From: a virus | Reading direction: 5' to 3' (one strand) | IMG/VR virus record: IMGVR_UViG_3300029543_000197 | Span: 950-64,949 of that record | DNA: 64,000 nt | Part shown: one piece after another, positions 19,570 through 29,019 of the stretch | How positions within the stretch are numbered: position 1 is the stretch's first letter | How the letters are laid out: every line of letters starts with the position of its first letter | The notes under the pieces: generated by a model | What the model was told of the DNA's origin: nothing | What the model saw: only the letters and a program-made list of their open reading frames with translations | The model's database searches: none | Translations under genes and position numbers: made by a program

Positions 19570-19732
19570 AAATCATTATGGTGGCAAGCACGTAAGAATA
19601 TATGTTGATGACAGGGCGAGAGTCACAGGTACGACAAGTCAAGTCCTCTCGTATGTAAAAAGAGAACAGCTAGAAAAGCCGATAAAACAAATAACACCCG
19701 TAAATGATGAAATGATAGACATAGCAATATAG
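19547..19732 (+). CDS. Hypothetical protein
   Basis: 61-aa ORF. Confidence 0.3.
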   Translation: MMLKEFLENHYGGKHVRIYVDDRARVTGTTSQVLSYVKREQLEKPIKQITPVNDEMIDIAI

Positions 19733-19736
19733 GTAG

Positions 19737-20138
19737 GTGAGAAGAATGGACATTAAATTAAAAGAGATAGACAGAGATTCTCTGAAAGTTGGAGATGTAG
19801 TAGGAGTGGCGAGAGAAGTAAACTACGGATGGAAATCATCATTCCGGCATAGAAGAATTATTCCGGCGAAAATTATAAAAATCACTCCAAAGCGAACCAA
19901 ATTCTTTACGGATAAGTTTGGAGAACATGACAAAAGAGAAGTATTTTATGAGTGTGATAGTGAAGCTGCGAGAGAAACTTTTTTTGCTAAGGCATTTAGA
20001 GATATTCAGGACGGAATATTTGAGTTAACTGAATCGAAAAGAAAAGATCGCATTGAGAAAATCAGTGATGAAGATCTGCCGGAAGTAGCTAGACACATGA
20101 AAGCAATTATGGAGATTATGGAGAAATACAAGGAGTAG
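19737..20138 (+). CDS. Hypothetical protein
   Basis: 133-aa ORF. Confidence 0.4.
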   Translation: MRRMDIKLKEIDRDSLKVGDVVGVAREVNYGWKSSFRHRRIIPAKIIKITPKRTKFFTDKFGEHDKREVFYECDSEAARETFFAKAFRDIQDGIFELTESKRKDRIEKISDEDLPEVARHMKAIMEIMEKYKE

Positions 20139-20294
20139 CAATGTTTGAAGAACTATATAAATTCATATCAAGATTGCATTACGGGATAAAGTTCATGCCG
20201 GAAAAGGATTTTGACGAGCTTTTATCTCGGTGCGACTGGGAGCAAAAGATGTATGCATTGTGCTTTAGATATTGGTAAACGTGGAGGAAAATTC

Positions 20295-20612
20295 ATGAGA
20301 GTAGCACTAATTGATGTAGATGGTCACAACTTTCCAATGAATGAACGAAAAAGTAAAGTAGTTGAAAATGACGGAGTATACAGTTGCCCATTTTGTGGAA
20401 GCAAAAAAATCAATTTGTGTACCCAAGCTGTATTAATAAAAACTGAAGATGCAAATACAGGAAAAGAAGTCGATGAACGTACAAACAAAATCAGAAAGCT
20501 GACCAATCGAGAAAAAGCGATGGAATATGATAATGCAACAACAGATGGTGTGGGATGTTGGCATTATTCATGTAGAAAATGCGGTTGGCAAAGTGACATA
20601 TATACAGAATAG
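20295..20612 (+). CDS. Zinc-ribbon hypothetical protein
   Basis: ATG after GTGGAGGAAA; CPFCGSKK...CRKCGW motifs. Confidence 0.35.
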   Translation: MRVALIDVDGHNFPMNERKSKVVENDGVYSCPFCGSKKINLCTQAVLIKTEDANTGKEVDERTNKIRKLTNREKAMEYDNATTDGVGCWHYSCRKCGWQSDIYTE

Positions 20613-20713
20613 AGGAAGATTGCGCGATAGCGTGTCAACTTCTGACTTGGGGAAAATAATAAATCAGACAGCCGATTATCACTCGGTAGACGGCTTGTCG
20701 AGAAAGGAATGAA

Positions 20714-21166
20714 ATGAAGAAAATACTTGATGCATGTTGTGGAAGTCGGATGTTTTGGTTTGACAGAACGAATCAAGATGTCCTATTTGCAGACAATAGA
20801 GAGCTTGAAACAACATTGAGTGATGGGAGAACACTTCTAGTTAAGCCGGATATAAAAATGGACTTCCGGGAGATGCCGTTTTTGGACAATACATTTAAGA
20901 TTGTGGTGTTTGACCCACCCCATTTAAAACAAGCCGGCAGTGAATCATGGCTTGCTAAGAAATACGGGGTTCTACCGAAAGATTGGAAACCATACTTGAA
21001 AGCCGGATTTGACGAATGTATGAGAGTATTGGAACCGGACGGAATACTGGTTTTTAAGTGGAACGAAGAACAAATAAAGCTGAATGACGTGTTGAAAGAG
21101 TTTGGAAAGAAACCACTTCTCGGAGACCAGAGAGGTAAGACACGTTGGATATTGTTTATGAAATAG
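20714..21166 (+). CDS. Small SAM-dependent methyltransferase-like protein (possible DNA MTase)
   Basis: ILDACCGSRMFW (motif-I-like) and VFDPPH ((D/N)PP(Y/H/F) motif IV). Confidence 0.5.
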   Translation: MKKILDACCGSRMFWFDRTNQDVLFADNRELETTLSDGRTLLVKPDIKMDFREMPFLDNTFKIVVFDPPHLKQAGSESWLAKKYGVLPKDWKPYLKAGFDECMRVLEPDGILVFKWNEEQIKLNDVLKEFGKKPLLGDQRGKTRWILFMK

Positions 21167-21173
21167 GAGAGAT

Positions 21174-21527
21174 ATGAAGAAAATATTATGTTTAATTCTA
21201 ATTTGTGTTTTCTTGGTCGGTTGTTCTGACGAAGTTTCAGACAAGAACTGTGGGCCACAAGAAGAAATCACATATACCTACGAAGATGTGGACGCAACAA
21301 TTATTTACATAGACATGCGGGAATGGTTCGCTATTTGCCCTCGATGGGAGTGGGAAATAGAAGTCGAATACGATGGCATGACCTATGAAGAAAACGATTA
21401 TGCGAGCGGTGGAATGAATGGACCGAGTTTTGCAGATAGTCGAGAGGGTGATTCGATAAGAGTTGAAATAACCAATAAATACATAAATGGTGAATTGGTG
21501 GACAGGTATATATCAGAGATTGAATAA
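21174..21527 (+). CDS. Lipoprotein
   Basis: Signal peptide with lipobox LVGCSD. Confidence 0.55.
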   Translation: MKKILCLILICVFLVGCSDEVSDKNCGPQEEITYTYEDVDATIIYIDMREWFAICPRWEWEIEVEYDGMTYEENDYASGGMNGPSFADSREGDSIRVEITNKYINGELVDRYISEIE

Positions 21528-21544
21528 GGAGAAAGGGACGAATT

Positions 21545-22282
21545 ATGAGTACATTTGAAGAAAGAATAGCGAAAGCAGTAACAGAGAAATTGAATGACGG
21601 AACAGTTGAAGAGCTTGTATCCGATGCTGTAACCAAAGCACTGAAAAGTAGTATCGAAGAACAGTTCAGATGGAATGGTGATGCAAGAAAGGTTATTGAT
21701 GAGAAAGTAAAAGAAGTAATGACACCGGCAATCGAAAGAGTAAGTTTGGATGATTATGTGGTAAAACTTGATACAATTCTCACAGAAATTATCAACAGCA
21801 CGAATTTAGTTGACAACAAGAAAATCTTAGGAAATTTCAAAAACCTTATGACAGAGCCGGATAAAGATGTAATCAGCTTAAAAGACGTATTCGAGAAATA
21901 TAAGGAATATGTCAGCGAGAATGTTGATACATCTGAACTCGAAATTTATACAGATGATAGACCGGCGTATCAGAATGTGACAGCGGAAGTGACTGTGGAT
22001 ATAAGAACTAGCATATTCGGAGGAAGATTTTGTTATTTGGTTTTTAAATGTGAAGAGGATGAGAAACTGACAAAAGAAATCCATTTGTATGAATCAGAAG
22101 GCAATGGATTTGGAATTACAAGATTAAAGAGCGGACTTGATATCAATTCGTTAAGACGCATGGATAAATTTGACATTTTCATGATGCGGTTAGATCGAGC
22201 GTTCTGCAATATCACAGATATTATGGATATGTACGATGATGATATTGAGGTTGAAGCTGAACCAGAAGCATCCTGGAGCTGA
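21545..22282 (+). CDS. Hypothetical protein
   Basis: 245-aa ORF. Confidence 0.45.
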   Translation: MSTFEERIAKAVTEKLNDGTVEELVSDAVTKALKSSIEEQFRWNGDARKVIDEKVKEVMTPAIERVSLDDYVVKLDTILTEIINSTNLVDNKKILGNFKNLMTEPDKDVISLKDVFEKYKEYVSENVDTSELEIYTDDRPAYQNVTAEVTVDIRTSIFGGRFCYLVFKCEEDEKLTKEIHLYESEGNGFGITRLKSGLDINSLRRMDKFDIFMMRLDRAFCNITDIMDMYDDDIEVEAEPEASWS

Positions 22283-22658
22283 TGAAGAAAAGGAGAAATC
22301 ACATGAAAGGGAAGAATACACTGGAAGATAAGCCTTTTCGATATGGTGGAATTTTAAAAGATTACAGCAAAGAAATTCATGAGATAAATGGGCGGGTGGA
22401 AAAGTATGAAACTTAGAAGAATCCGAACAACTTTCTCCTTAACAACCAAGAAGAGAATATATGTATTACAGTTCACACTAAAAGAGCCGTGGTTATTACC
22501 AAAACATGATAAGCACTATGGAAAAGTGGATTGTAATTTGTATGGATGGTTGTTTGTATATTTTGGATGGGTTAATTGATGGAGGAATAATCGTGACGGA
22601 ACAGGAGAGAAAAGAAATCGTTGCGGAAGTTGAGAAATCCGGCAGTTATAACTGTTGA

Positions 22659-22859
22659 TTGAAAAGGAGAACAAAGATGAAGAAGGAATCACTGATTCAT
22701 AAAATCTTGAGGAAACTTGGTTTTATCAAAGACATTGAAGATGATAGGAAATTGAAAATGGGGATGTGCGAAAGAGCAAGAAATGCAAATGTATGCCCGA
22801 AGAATTGCGATATGTGTGCATGGAATACGAAAGGTGGAGTTAGTTATGAGAATCATTAG
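22659..22859 (+). CDS. Small cysteine-containing hypothetical protein
   Basis: 66-aa ORF. Confidence 0.3.
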   Translation: MKRRTKMKKESLIHKILRKLGFIKDIEDDRKLKMGMCERARNANVCPKNCDMCAWNTKGGVSYENH

Positions 22860-23142
22860 TCAGGATGGAGCGATTGACGTCCCTTACGAAAATGCAGATT
22901 TGGAAAGAAAAGGGAAAACAATATCTGTATGGACGCTAGATAACGTATATGGTAGTTTTGCAAGTTATTCCACCGAAGAAAAAGCAATCAAAGCTATGGA
23001 AATGTGCAGAAAGCATTATGCAGCAATGGAATACAACAGACGTATTATTCCAAAGGGAGATACACTTGCAGATATGGAGATTGCGAAGGAATTTCTTGCA
23101 TCTGGTTTTATCTTCCAGTTTCCGGCGGAGGAAGAGGTGTAA
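22846..23142 (+). CDS. Hypothetical protein
   Basis: ATG after AAGGTGGAG. Confidence 0.4.
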   Translation: MRIISQDGAIDVPYENADLERKGKTISVWTLDNVYGSFASYSTEEKAIKAMEMCRKHYAAMEYNRRIIPKGDTLADMEIAKEFLASGFIFQFPAEEEV

Positions 23143-23144
23143 AC

Positions 23145-23528
23145 ATGGGAAAGATTGATGAATATGCATCAGGCAGAAATGACGGTTTGCTGTTGGCATT
23201 GAAAATCGTAGAGGAAGATGGCGTGGATGCTCTGCGGGAAGAAATTAAATTCCGTGGAGCGAAAGGAATTAATACAGCAATGAGCAAAAAAGAGTTGAAT
23301 AAGGCTTGCACCAAAATAAAAGAGATGACTCTTGATACTATGCTGACTCTTTCAGTGGCTACCCTGCATGATGAATTTGATTTTGGTGCGAAAAGATGTC
23401 AACGATTTATAAAAAGGGCAAATCTCAAGGCAGAGTGTATAGTGGATGATCTTGCAACATGGGATGATTTTGTCGAGCAGATCAGAGAGGAACTTGGGAT
23501 TCAGATAACGATAAGGAGCAATGATTGA
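23145..23528 (+). CDS. Hypothetical protein
   Basis: ATG after GGAGGAAGAGG. Confidence 0.4.
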   Translation: MGKIDEYASGRNDGLLLALKIVEEDGVDALREEIKFRGAKGINTAMSKKELNKACTKIKEMTLDTMLTLSVATLHDEFDFGAKRCQRFIKRANLKAECIVDDLATWDDFVEQIREELGIQITIRSND

Positions 23529-23929
23529 TGGACGTTAAAAAGACAAAAGTAGAAAGCCTTGACATAATCGTGACCATGATGGAGGACAAGCCATACTACG
23601 AGATAAAATACAAAGAAATTGGCAGTGATCATTTTTGTATCGGGTACAGTTCATATCGCTTAGATTATGTGTTGGAATGGAAAAAGCAGTATTTTGAGTT
23701 GATTGAAAGTGAAGCAGGAGCGGATTCAGGATGGATCCCATGCAGCGAGAGGCTGCCGGAAATAAGAGAAGATGTCCTTGCTACAGTAAAATACAGTGGG
23801 TTCATGGGAATGTACGGAACATGGATAAAAACAGGACATTTAGAAAACGACAATGATTGGTTTGGTGATTGCATTGGTGGAAAAGTTATTGCCTGGATGC
23901 CGCTTCCGGAACCGTACAGGGAGGGGTGA
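23528..23929 (+). CDS. Hypothetical protein
   Basis: 134-aa ORF. Confidence 0.4.
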   Translation: MDVKKTKVESLDIIVTMMEDKPYYEIKYKEIGSDHFCIGYSSYRLDYVLEWKKQYFELIESEAGADSGWIPCSERLPEIREDVLATVKYSGFMGMYGTWIKTGHLENDNDWFGDCIGGKVIAWMPLPEPYREG

Positions 23930-23934
23930 AGAAG

Positions 23935-24483
23935 ATGAATAGAAAGGAAACTACACTTTTTCTGTCACATATTCTTGAACGTACAAAACTAAACGTCTTT
24001 GGAAAACATTATGCAAAAGAAGTGAGCATTGACCCGTGGACATCCAAGGCGAAACGCGTGGATTATATGCAGTTTTCACCCGGAGATCAAATATCCGTAT
24101 CAGGGATAGAAAAAGGAATATTTACTTGTTACGAAATTAAAAGTTGCAAGGAAGATGTTTATAGTGGGAATGGACTGAATTTCTATGGAGAAAAGAACTA
24201 TATAGTAACTACGATGGAGTGCTACAAAGATTTGTTGCCGGATTTACGAAGTGGAAAATTTGATGAACACTTACGCAAATGCAACCCGGAATCCTCTAAA
24301 TATTGGGGAATTATGGTAGCAGTTCCATGCATGAAAGAGTTGGAGGATGAATTTCAGAATCCAACGGCAATAGATGTAAATGCGAAAAGTTGGGAGCTGA
24401 AAGTGGTAAAACCTTGCAGAATTGGACCAAGGAACAGGTCTATGACAGAATTACTTTTTTGTATGTTAAGGAGTGGAAGATAA
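23935..24483 (+). CDS. Hypothetical protein, possibly a PD-(D/E)xK (MmcB-like) nuclease
   Basis: ATG after GGGAGGGG; FTCYEIKSCKED (E-x-K) motif; weak. Confidence 0.3.
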   Translation: MNRKETTLFLSHILERTKLNVFGKHYAKEVSIDPWTSKAKRVDYMQFSPGDQISVSGIEKGIFTCYEIKSCKEDVYSGNGLNFYGEKNYIVTTMECYKDLLPDLRSGKFDEHLRKCNPESSKYWGIMVAVPCMKELEDEFQNPTAIDVNAKSWELKVVKPCRIGPRNRSMTELLFCMLRSGR

Positions 24484-24767
24484 TGAGACTGATTGATGCT
24501 GATGCGATGGAAGAATTAAAACCATGCCCTAGATGTGGAGCGAAAGCATATCTTTCAAGAGATGTGGCAGACGGATTTTATTTCGGATGGTCGGCTGGCT
24601 GTCCGAGATACTGCCACTACGATGGAATACATGGAACAACAATAGACACAGCCGAGGAAGATTGCTATGCGGTACATGGAGTGAATTCAAAAGAAGAAGC
24701 TATTGAGATATGGAATAAACGCGTTGAGCATCTGAAAGAACTCGATAAGAACTCGATCAATAGATAG
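24483..24767 (+). CDS. Lar-like zinc-ribbon protein (restriction alleviation family candidate)
   Basis: KPCPRCGAK near the N-terminus and EEAIEIWNKR near the C-terminus, resembling the Lar family. Confidence 0.45.
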   Translation: MRLIDADAMEELKPCPRCGAKAYLSRDVADGFYFGWSAGCPRYCHYDGIHGTTIDTAEEDCYAVHGVNSKEEAIEIWNKRVEHLKELDKNSINR

Positions 24768-24825
24768 GTTACGAGAAAATCTTCAAAGAAATGCAAAAGA
24801 ACCAGTTGAGATAAAGGAGAATGAT

Positions 24826-25320
24826 ATGAGTAGAGAAATTTTATTCCGTGGAAAGCGGATTGATAACGGGGAGTGGATTGAGGGATATTATTTTAAAGCC
24901 AATGAAAAACATATGATTCTGAATTTTACAGTGCAAAAAAATGAACTGTATCACAATATGTATGAAATAGAACCGAACACCGTCTGCCAGTACACAGGAC
25001 TTACCGGCAAGAACGGTAAGAAGATTTTTGAAGGCGATATATTCAAATTCAATGATGAAGTGTGGGAAAGTTCATACACAGCCTGCGGAACAGAATATGA
25101 TTCTTGGGAAGTAGATAATTATGGCGTGGTGGGATATGACAATGAAACTGCAAGATATGATTTTTACAAATACAAGTACGGCGAAAATTCAGTAGAAGCA
25201 GATTTGCATGAAAATCATGGTCTTGAATTTGCGGATTTTATACAAGAGTTAAAGGTTGGCGGAAACATTTTCGATAATCCGGAGTTGTTGGAAATGGAGA
25301 ATGGTAAGAATGACAAATGA
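24826..25320 (+). CDS. YopX-family phage protein
   Basis: MSREILFRGKRIDNGEWIEGYYF, a YopX N-terminal signature. Confidence 0.6.
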   Translation: MSREILFRGKRIDNGEWIEGYYFKANEKHMILNFTVQKNELYHNMYEIEPNTVCQYTGLTGKNGKKIFEGDIFKFNDEVWESSYTACGTEYDSWEVDNYGVVGYDNETARYDFYKYKYGENSVEADLHENHGLEFADFIQELKVGGNIFDNPELLEMENGKNDK

Positions 25321-25633
25321 AGAAGCGATTAAGCAGTTAGAGTTTGACAAAGAAATGATTCTTTTTAATCCGAACAACGGAGAGCATCAAACAATCGAGC
25401 AAGTAAAAATTCATAACGAGGACAATTACAATGCATATATTGCTGATTGCAAGGCGATTGAAGCACTTGAAAAGCAGATTCCGAAGAAACCAGTGCTGGA
25501 TGATATACAGCACGTAAGATATACGATGAATTATAAGTGTACTGCTTGTGGAGGAAAATTTACGGGAAGAGGATTTGCAGATTATTGTTATCATTGCGGT
25601 CAGAAATTAGATTGGGGTGGAGAGCATGAGTGA
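25310..25633 (+). CDS. Zinc-ribbon hypothetical protein
   Basis: C-terminal CTACGG...CYHCGQ motifs. Confidence 0.35.
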   Translation: MTNEEAIKQLEFDKEMILFNPNNGEHQTIEQVKIHNEDNYNAYIADCKAIEALEKQIPKKPVLDDIQHVRYTMNYKCTACGGKFTGRGFADYCYHCGQKLDWGGEHE

Positions 25634-25949
25634 AATTAAATTACTTCCGTGTCCGTTCTGCGGTGGAGAAGTAAAGTTTATACATACAGGTTGCAATACT
25701 AAAGCAAGAATTGGATATTTACGCTGCGATATATGCGGTGAAAGTTTCTTTAGAAGAATTAGATCGAATGATACAGAGGACGAATTAGCTGAAAGATGGA
25801 ACACCCGCAAGCCTATGGAGCGGATCGTGGAACAGTTGGAAAGGAAGAAAGTTGAGAACCCTAATGATATGATTTTTTTGGGGAAAAATCTTGCTTTTGA
25901 TGAAGCAATCGAGATAGTCCAGAAAGGGGTGCGGAATGAGGCTAATTGA
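25626..25949 (+). CDS. Lar-family restriction alleviation protein
   Basis: LLPCPFCGGE...CDICGES and AERWNTRKP, matching the Lar consensus (CPFCG ... AxxAWNRR). Confidence 0.55.
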   Translation: MSEIKLLPCPFCGGEVKFIHTGCNTKARIGYLRCDICGESFFRRIRSNDTEDELAERWNTRKPMERIVEQLERKKVENPNDMIFLGKNLAFDEAIEIVQKGVRNEAN

Positions 25950-26196
25950 TGCAGACGCACTGATAGAATTTATTGATCCGGGACATTTACGGCATCCTGA
26001 CGAACTTGCCTTCTCCGAACTGGATGTTGTTAATATGCTGAATCACGCACCAACAGCTTATGATGTGGACAAGGTTGTAGAGCAGTTGGAAAAAGAATTA
26101 CGACTTGCTGAGCTCGTTGTGCAAGAGAAAATCCGTTGCAGTTCGATTCGGCAAAAGGATATGCGAGTGGAATTGCAACTGCGATCGAGATCGTGA
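25936..26196 (+). CDS. Hypothetical protein sharing the MRLIDADA N-terminus with the 24483 gene
   Basis: 86 aa; N-terminal paralogy. Confidence 0.35.
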   Translation: MRLIDADALIEFIDPGHLRHPDELAFSELDVVNMLNHAPTAYDVDKVVEQLEKELRLAELVVQEKIRCSSIRQKDMRVELQLRSRS

Positions 26197-26211
26197 AAGG
26201 CGGTGGAATAA

Positions 26212-26697
26212 ATGAATAGAGAGATTCTTTTTAGAGCGAAGAAAATAGACGATGGCGAATGGGTAGAGGGATATCTGTTTGATGATGGATTGCCAAAACC
26301 GAAACGATTTTTTATTGGCGGGTTTGGTATTTATGAATACGAGGGTGCACCTAATCAATGGGCGATTAACAGACAAGATATCGCAGAAATAGATCTAGAT
26401 ACTATCTGCCAGTATACAGGGTTGAAAACCGCAAGTGGTGTAAGGATATGGGAAAATGATATCATAGCCATAGCCACAGGCGAAAATGGTGAAGAATACC
26501 GAGGTCTAGTGGAATACGAACACAGTGGATTTGTAATTAAATGGGTAAATAGCGATTACCTCAGAACGGATCTGTGGTACTGGGCGAATAGACCAGGTGC
26601 GGATGTTATTGGAAATGCATTTGACACACCGAACTTGCTTAGTAAAGAGTCAGATAGCGTGGTTTTTCATGATTTCATGAAGAGAGGAATGGAGTAG
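26212..26697 (+). CDS. YopX-family phage protein (second paralog)
   Basis: MNREILFRAKKIDDGEWVEGYLF. Confidence 0.6.
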   Translation: MNREILFRAKKIDDGEWVEGYLFDDGLPKPKRFFIGGFGIYEYEGAPNQWAINRQDIAEIDLDTICQYTGLKTASGVRIWENDIIAIATGENGEEYRGLVEYEHSGFVIKWVNSDYLRTDLWYWANRPGADVIGNAFDTPNLLSKESDSVVFHDFMKRGME

Positions 26698-26927
26698 TGG
26701 AGATGCTTGATAAATTTTCTGAAAGACTACACGCATTAAGAAAAGAACGTGGTCTTTCATATAAAGAACTTGCAGAACAGCTAAATTCTCACGCTTCTGA
26801 TGGTGCATTATTCCGGTGGGAGAATGGCTATGTAAAACCGAGACTGGACTATGTTATTCTTCTAGCGGACTTCTATGGAGTGTCACTGGATTACATAGTC
26901 GGAAGAAGCAATAAAAGAAAGGGGTAA
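26697..26927 (+). CDS. XRE-family HTH transcriptional regulator
   Basis: LSYKELAEQLNSHASDGALFRWENGYVKP. Confidence 0.6.
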   Translation: MEMLDKFSERLHALRKERGLSYKELAEQLNSHASDGALFRWENGYVKPRLDYVILLADFYGVSLDYIVGRSNKRKG

Positions 26928-26929
26928 GC

Positions 26930-27400
26930 ATGGCAAAAATATTTAAGATAAGCGGATATTTGGTGGACGTTGAGGGAGATATTGATGCGAGTGAGGTTGT
27001 TGCGGAAATCAGTTTCGGTTTAGATGGGATGATAAACCAGCACATCCATGTAGAAGAAGCAGATATTGGACGTTGGAGTGATGAAAATCCATTGAATTAC
27101 GGCAACTGCGATCTTGCGGAATGCGAGAAGCATTTCAAGAGAAAAGTTCCAGTAGATAACGACAGGAAAGTTGAGATTGGTAAGATCTACAGACATTTCA
27201 AAGGGCATACGGTTAAAGTGATCGCAGTCAGCCAGGATACAGAAGCACCGGGACAATTCTATGTAGTATACGAATGTGAGGACGGAGCAATTTGGTGCAG
27301 ACCTTATGGAATGTTTGTGAGCGAGGTCGATCATGTAAAATATCCGGACGTGCAGCAGAAATACAGATTTGAATTAGTGGAAAAGGAGAGGGGCAGGTAA
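26930..27400 (+). CDS. DUF1653-domain protein
   Basis: YRHFKGHTVKV...VVYECEDGAIWCRP matches the DUF1653 pattern. Confidence 0.45.
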   Translation: MAKIFKISGYLVDVEGDIDASEVVAEISFGLDGMINQHIHVEEADIGRWSDENPLNYGNCDLAECEKHFKRKVPVDNDRKVEIGKIYRHFKGHTVKVIAVSQDTEAPGQFYVVYECEDGAIWCRPYGMFVSEVDHVKYPDVQQKYRFELVEKERGR

Positions 27401-27612
27401 TGACTAAAGACATTTTAGATAAGGCAAAAGAATTGGAAAGAGACATTGAAAGTCTTAGGATTTTAATTAAAGAGAAGGAAAGCGGGGACGGATTGTGCGT
27501 ATCCAGTTCATTCCCTTACAATTACGGGCAGTCGCTCCGATTCCAAAAAGAGTTGTGTGAGTGGCTGCGACAGAAAAAATCAGAGTATGAAAAAGAGTTG
27601 GAGGCGTTATGA
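27400..27612 (+). CDS. Small coiled-coil hypothetical protein
   Basis: 70-aa ORF. Confidence 0.35.
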   Translation: MTKDILDKAKELERDIESLRILIKEKESGDGLCVSSSFPYNYGQSLRFQKELCEWLRQKKSEYEKELEAL

Positions 27613-27613
27613 A

Positions 27614-27793
27614 ATGGCTGAGAAAATGACAAATGCCGACCGCATAAAGAAAGCAACAGACAAGGAATTGGCTGATATGCTGTGCAAAATAACAAGATGC
27701 TGCTCCGATTGTATAGCACAGGAAATGTGCTACGAGGGACATACAGGATATGAAGATTGGCTTGCATCGGAAGAATGGAGTGATTTTTCGTGA
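27614..27793 (+). CDS. Small cysteine-rich hypothetical protein
   Basis: ATG at 27614. Confidence 0.3.
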   Translation: MAEKMTNADRIKKATDKELADMLCKITRCCSDCIAQEMCYEGHTGYEDWLASEEWSDFS

Positions 27794-28018
27794 AACGAAG
27801 TACAGAAGAAAGAAGCTGTCCAGCTGAAATGGATAATAATTTCCAAACGCATTATAAGCGTCTTGAAAAGACAAGGCCGCCAATAGATGCGGTGAGAAGA
27901 TTCAGGACTCCTGCGTATGAGGCTGTAACAACGTATTTAAAGGAAGAACCGGATGAGTGACTGCGTAGACAGGGGATAGACATTAGAACTGGAATAGTGG
28001 AATAAAGTGTACTGAGGC

Positions 28019-28050
28019 AGATGATTGATAAGCGGTCATCTGCTTTTTCG
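28019..28050 (+). terminator. Rho-independent terminator
   Basis: GCAGATGA...TCATCTGC stem followed by TTTTT. Confidence 0.55.
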
Positions 28051-28128
28051 TGAAAACGCTTGACTATCGGGAATCAATGTGATGTAGTATATATAGGTTA
28101 AGGAGTGTTTTAAAATGGAGGTACAAAA

Positions 28129-28368
28129 ATGCGAAATGTGACAGTTTTAATTAAAGATGCTATGATGGATGATGATTATAAGTTAAAGGTTAATTTGCTT
28201 ATCGCCGGACTCATGGGCGAAGAATTGGACGTGGATCAGGAAAAGGATGATAACAGGCGGCATATGCTGAAAGAGATATCGTACTATTGCGATAATGCGA
28301 ATGAATCAGGAGAAAAGAGTGACTACTTAAAGAGGACTTCCGAAAGGATAAAAAGATATTTGGGTTGA
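28129..28368 (+). CDS. Hypothetical protein
   Basis: ATG after GGAGGTACAAAA. Confidence 0.4.
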   Translation: MRNVTVLIKDAMMDDDYKLKVNLLIAGLMGEELDVDQEKDDNRRHMLKEISYYCDNANESGEKSDYLKRTSERIKRYLG

Positions 28369-29019
28369 TTGACGAAGAAGAATGGTAGGTGTCTATTTTT
28401 AATGAAGAATAGGACAAAAAGAGCTTGCATTGACTGTGGTAAAGCTTTCTATGGCGATCTCGATAAATTGTACTGTGACGAATGTGCAAAAAAAAGAAAG
28501 TCTGACGTAATGAGAATCAGGACGTGCAAGATGTGTGGAGCCGAGTTTAGTGGTGGACCAAGGGCGTTTTACTGCCCGAACTGTAGGGTCATAAGGAAAA
28601 GGGATGCCGAAAAGAGACACAGAGAGAAAGGAACTGCAAGACCGATCGGGAGTGTCGCAAAATGTGAATGGTGTGGTGTGGAATATGTAGTAAATTCCGG
28701 TCGTCAAAAATATTGCTCAGATGAATGCCAACGTGAGGCGGTATTGGAATGGCAGAGAGATCATAAGCAGAGGTATAATATAGAATCAGGTCAATATGAT
28801 AAAAAGATAGAGAAACGAAAGAATAGTCTTAAAATCTGTGTATACTGCGGAAAACAGTTTCATTCTGATGTTGCAACAAATCTTTGCAGTGATTATTGCA
28901 GGAGAAAGCAGAAACAAATTCACATGAGGGTTTCAGATGCAAAGCGTGGAGTAAAATCCAATATTGAGCAGTTGATGCAAGAAAGAAATGATTATAGGAA
29001 AAGTATAGCGGAGAATTAA
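28369..29019 (+). CDS. Protein with four tandem zinc-ribbon repeats
   Basis: Four repeats of the form C-x2-C-G-x(8-10)-YC-x2-C. Confidence 0.45.
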   Translation: MTKKNGRCLFLMKNRTKRACIDCGKAFYGDLDKLYCDECAKKRKSDVMRIRTCKMCGAEFSGGPRAFYCPNCRVIRKRDAEKRHREKGTARPIGSVAKCEWCGVEYVVNSGRQKYCSDECQREAVLEWQRDHKQRYNIESGQYDKKIEKRKNSLKICVYCGKQFHSDVATNLCSDYCRRKQKQIHMRVSDAKRGVKSNIEQLMQERNDYRKSIAEN

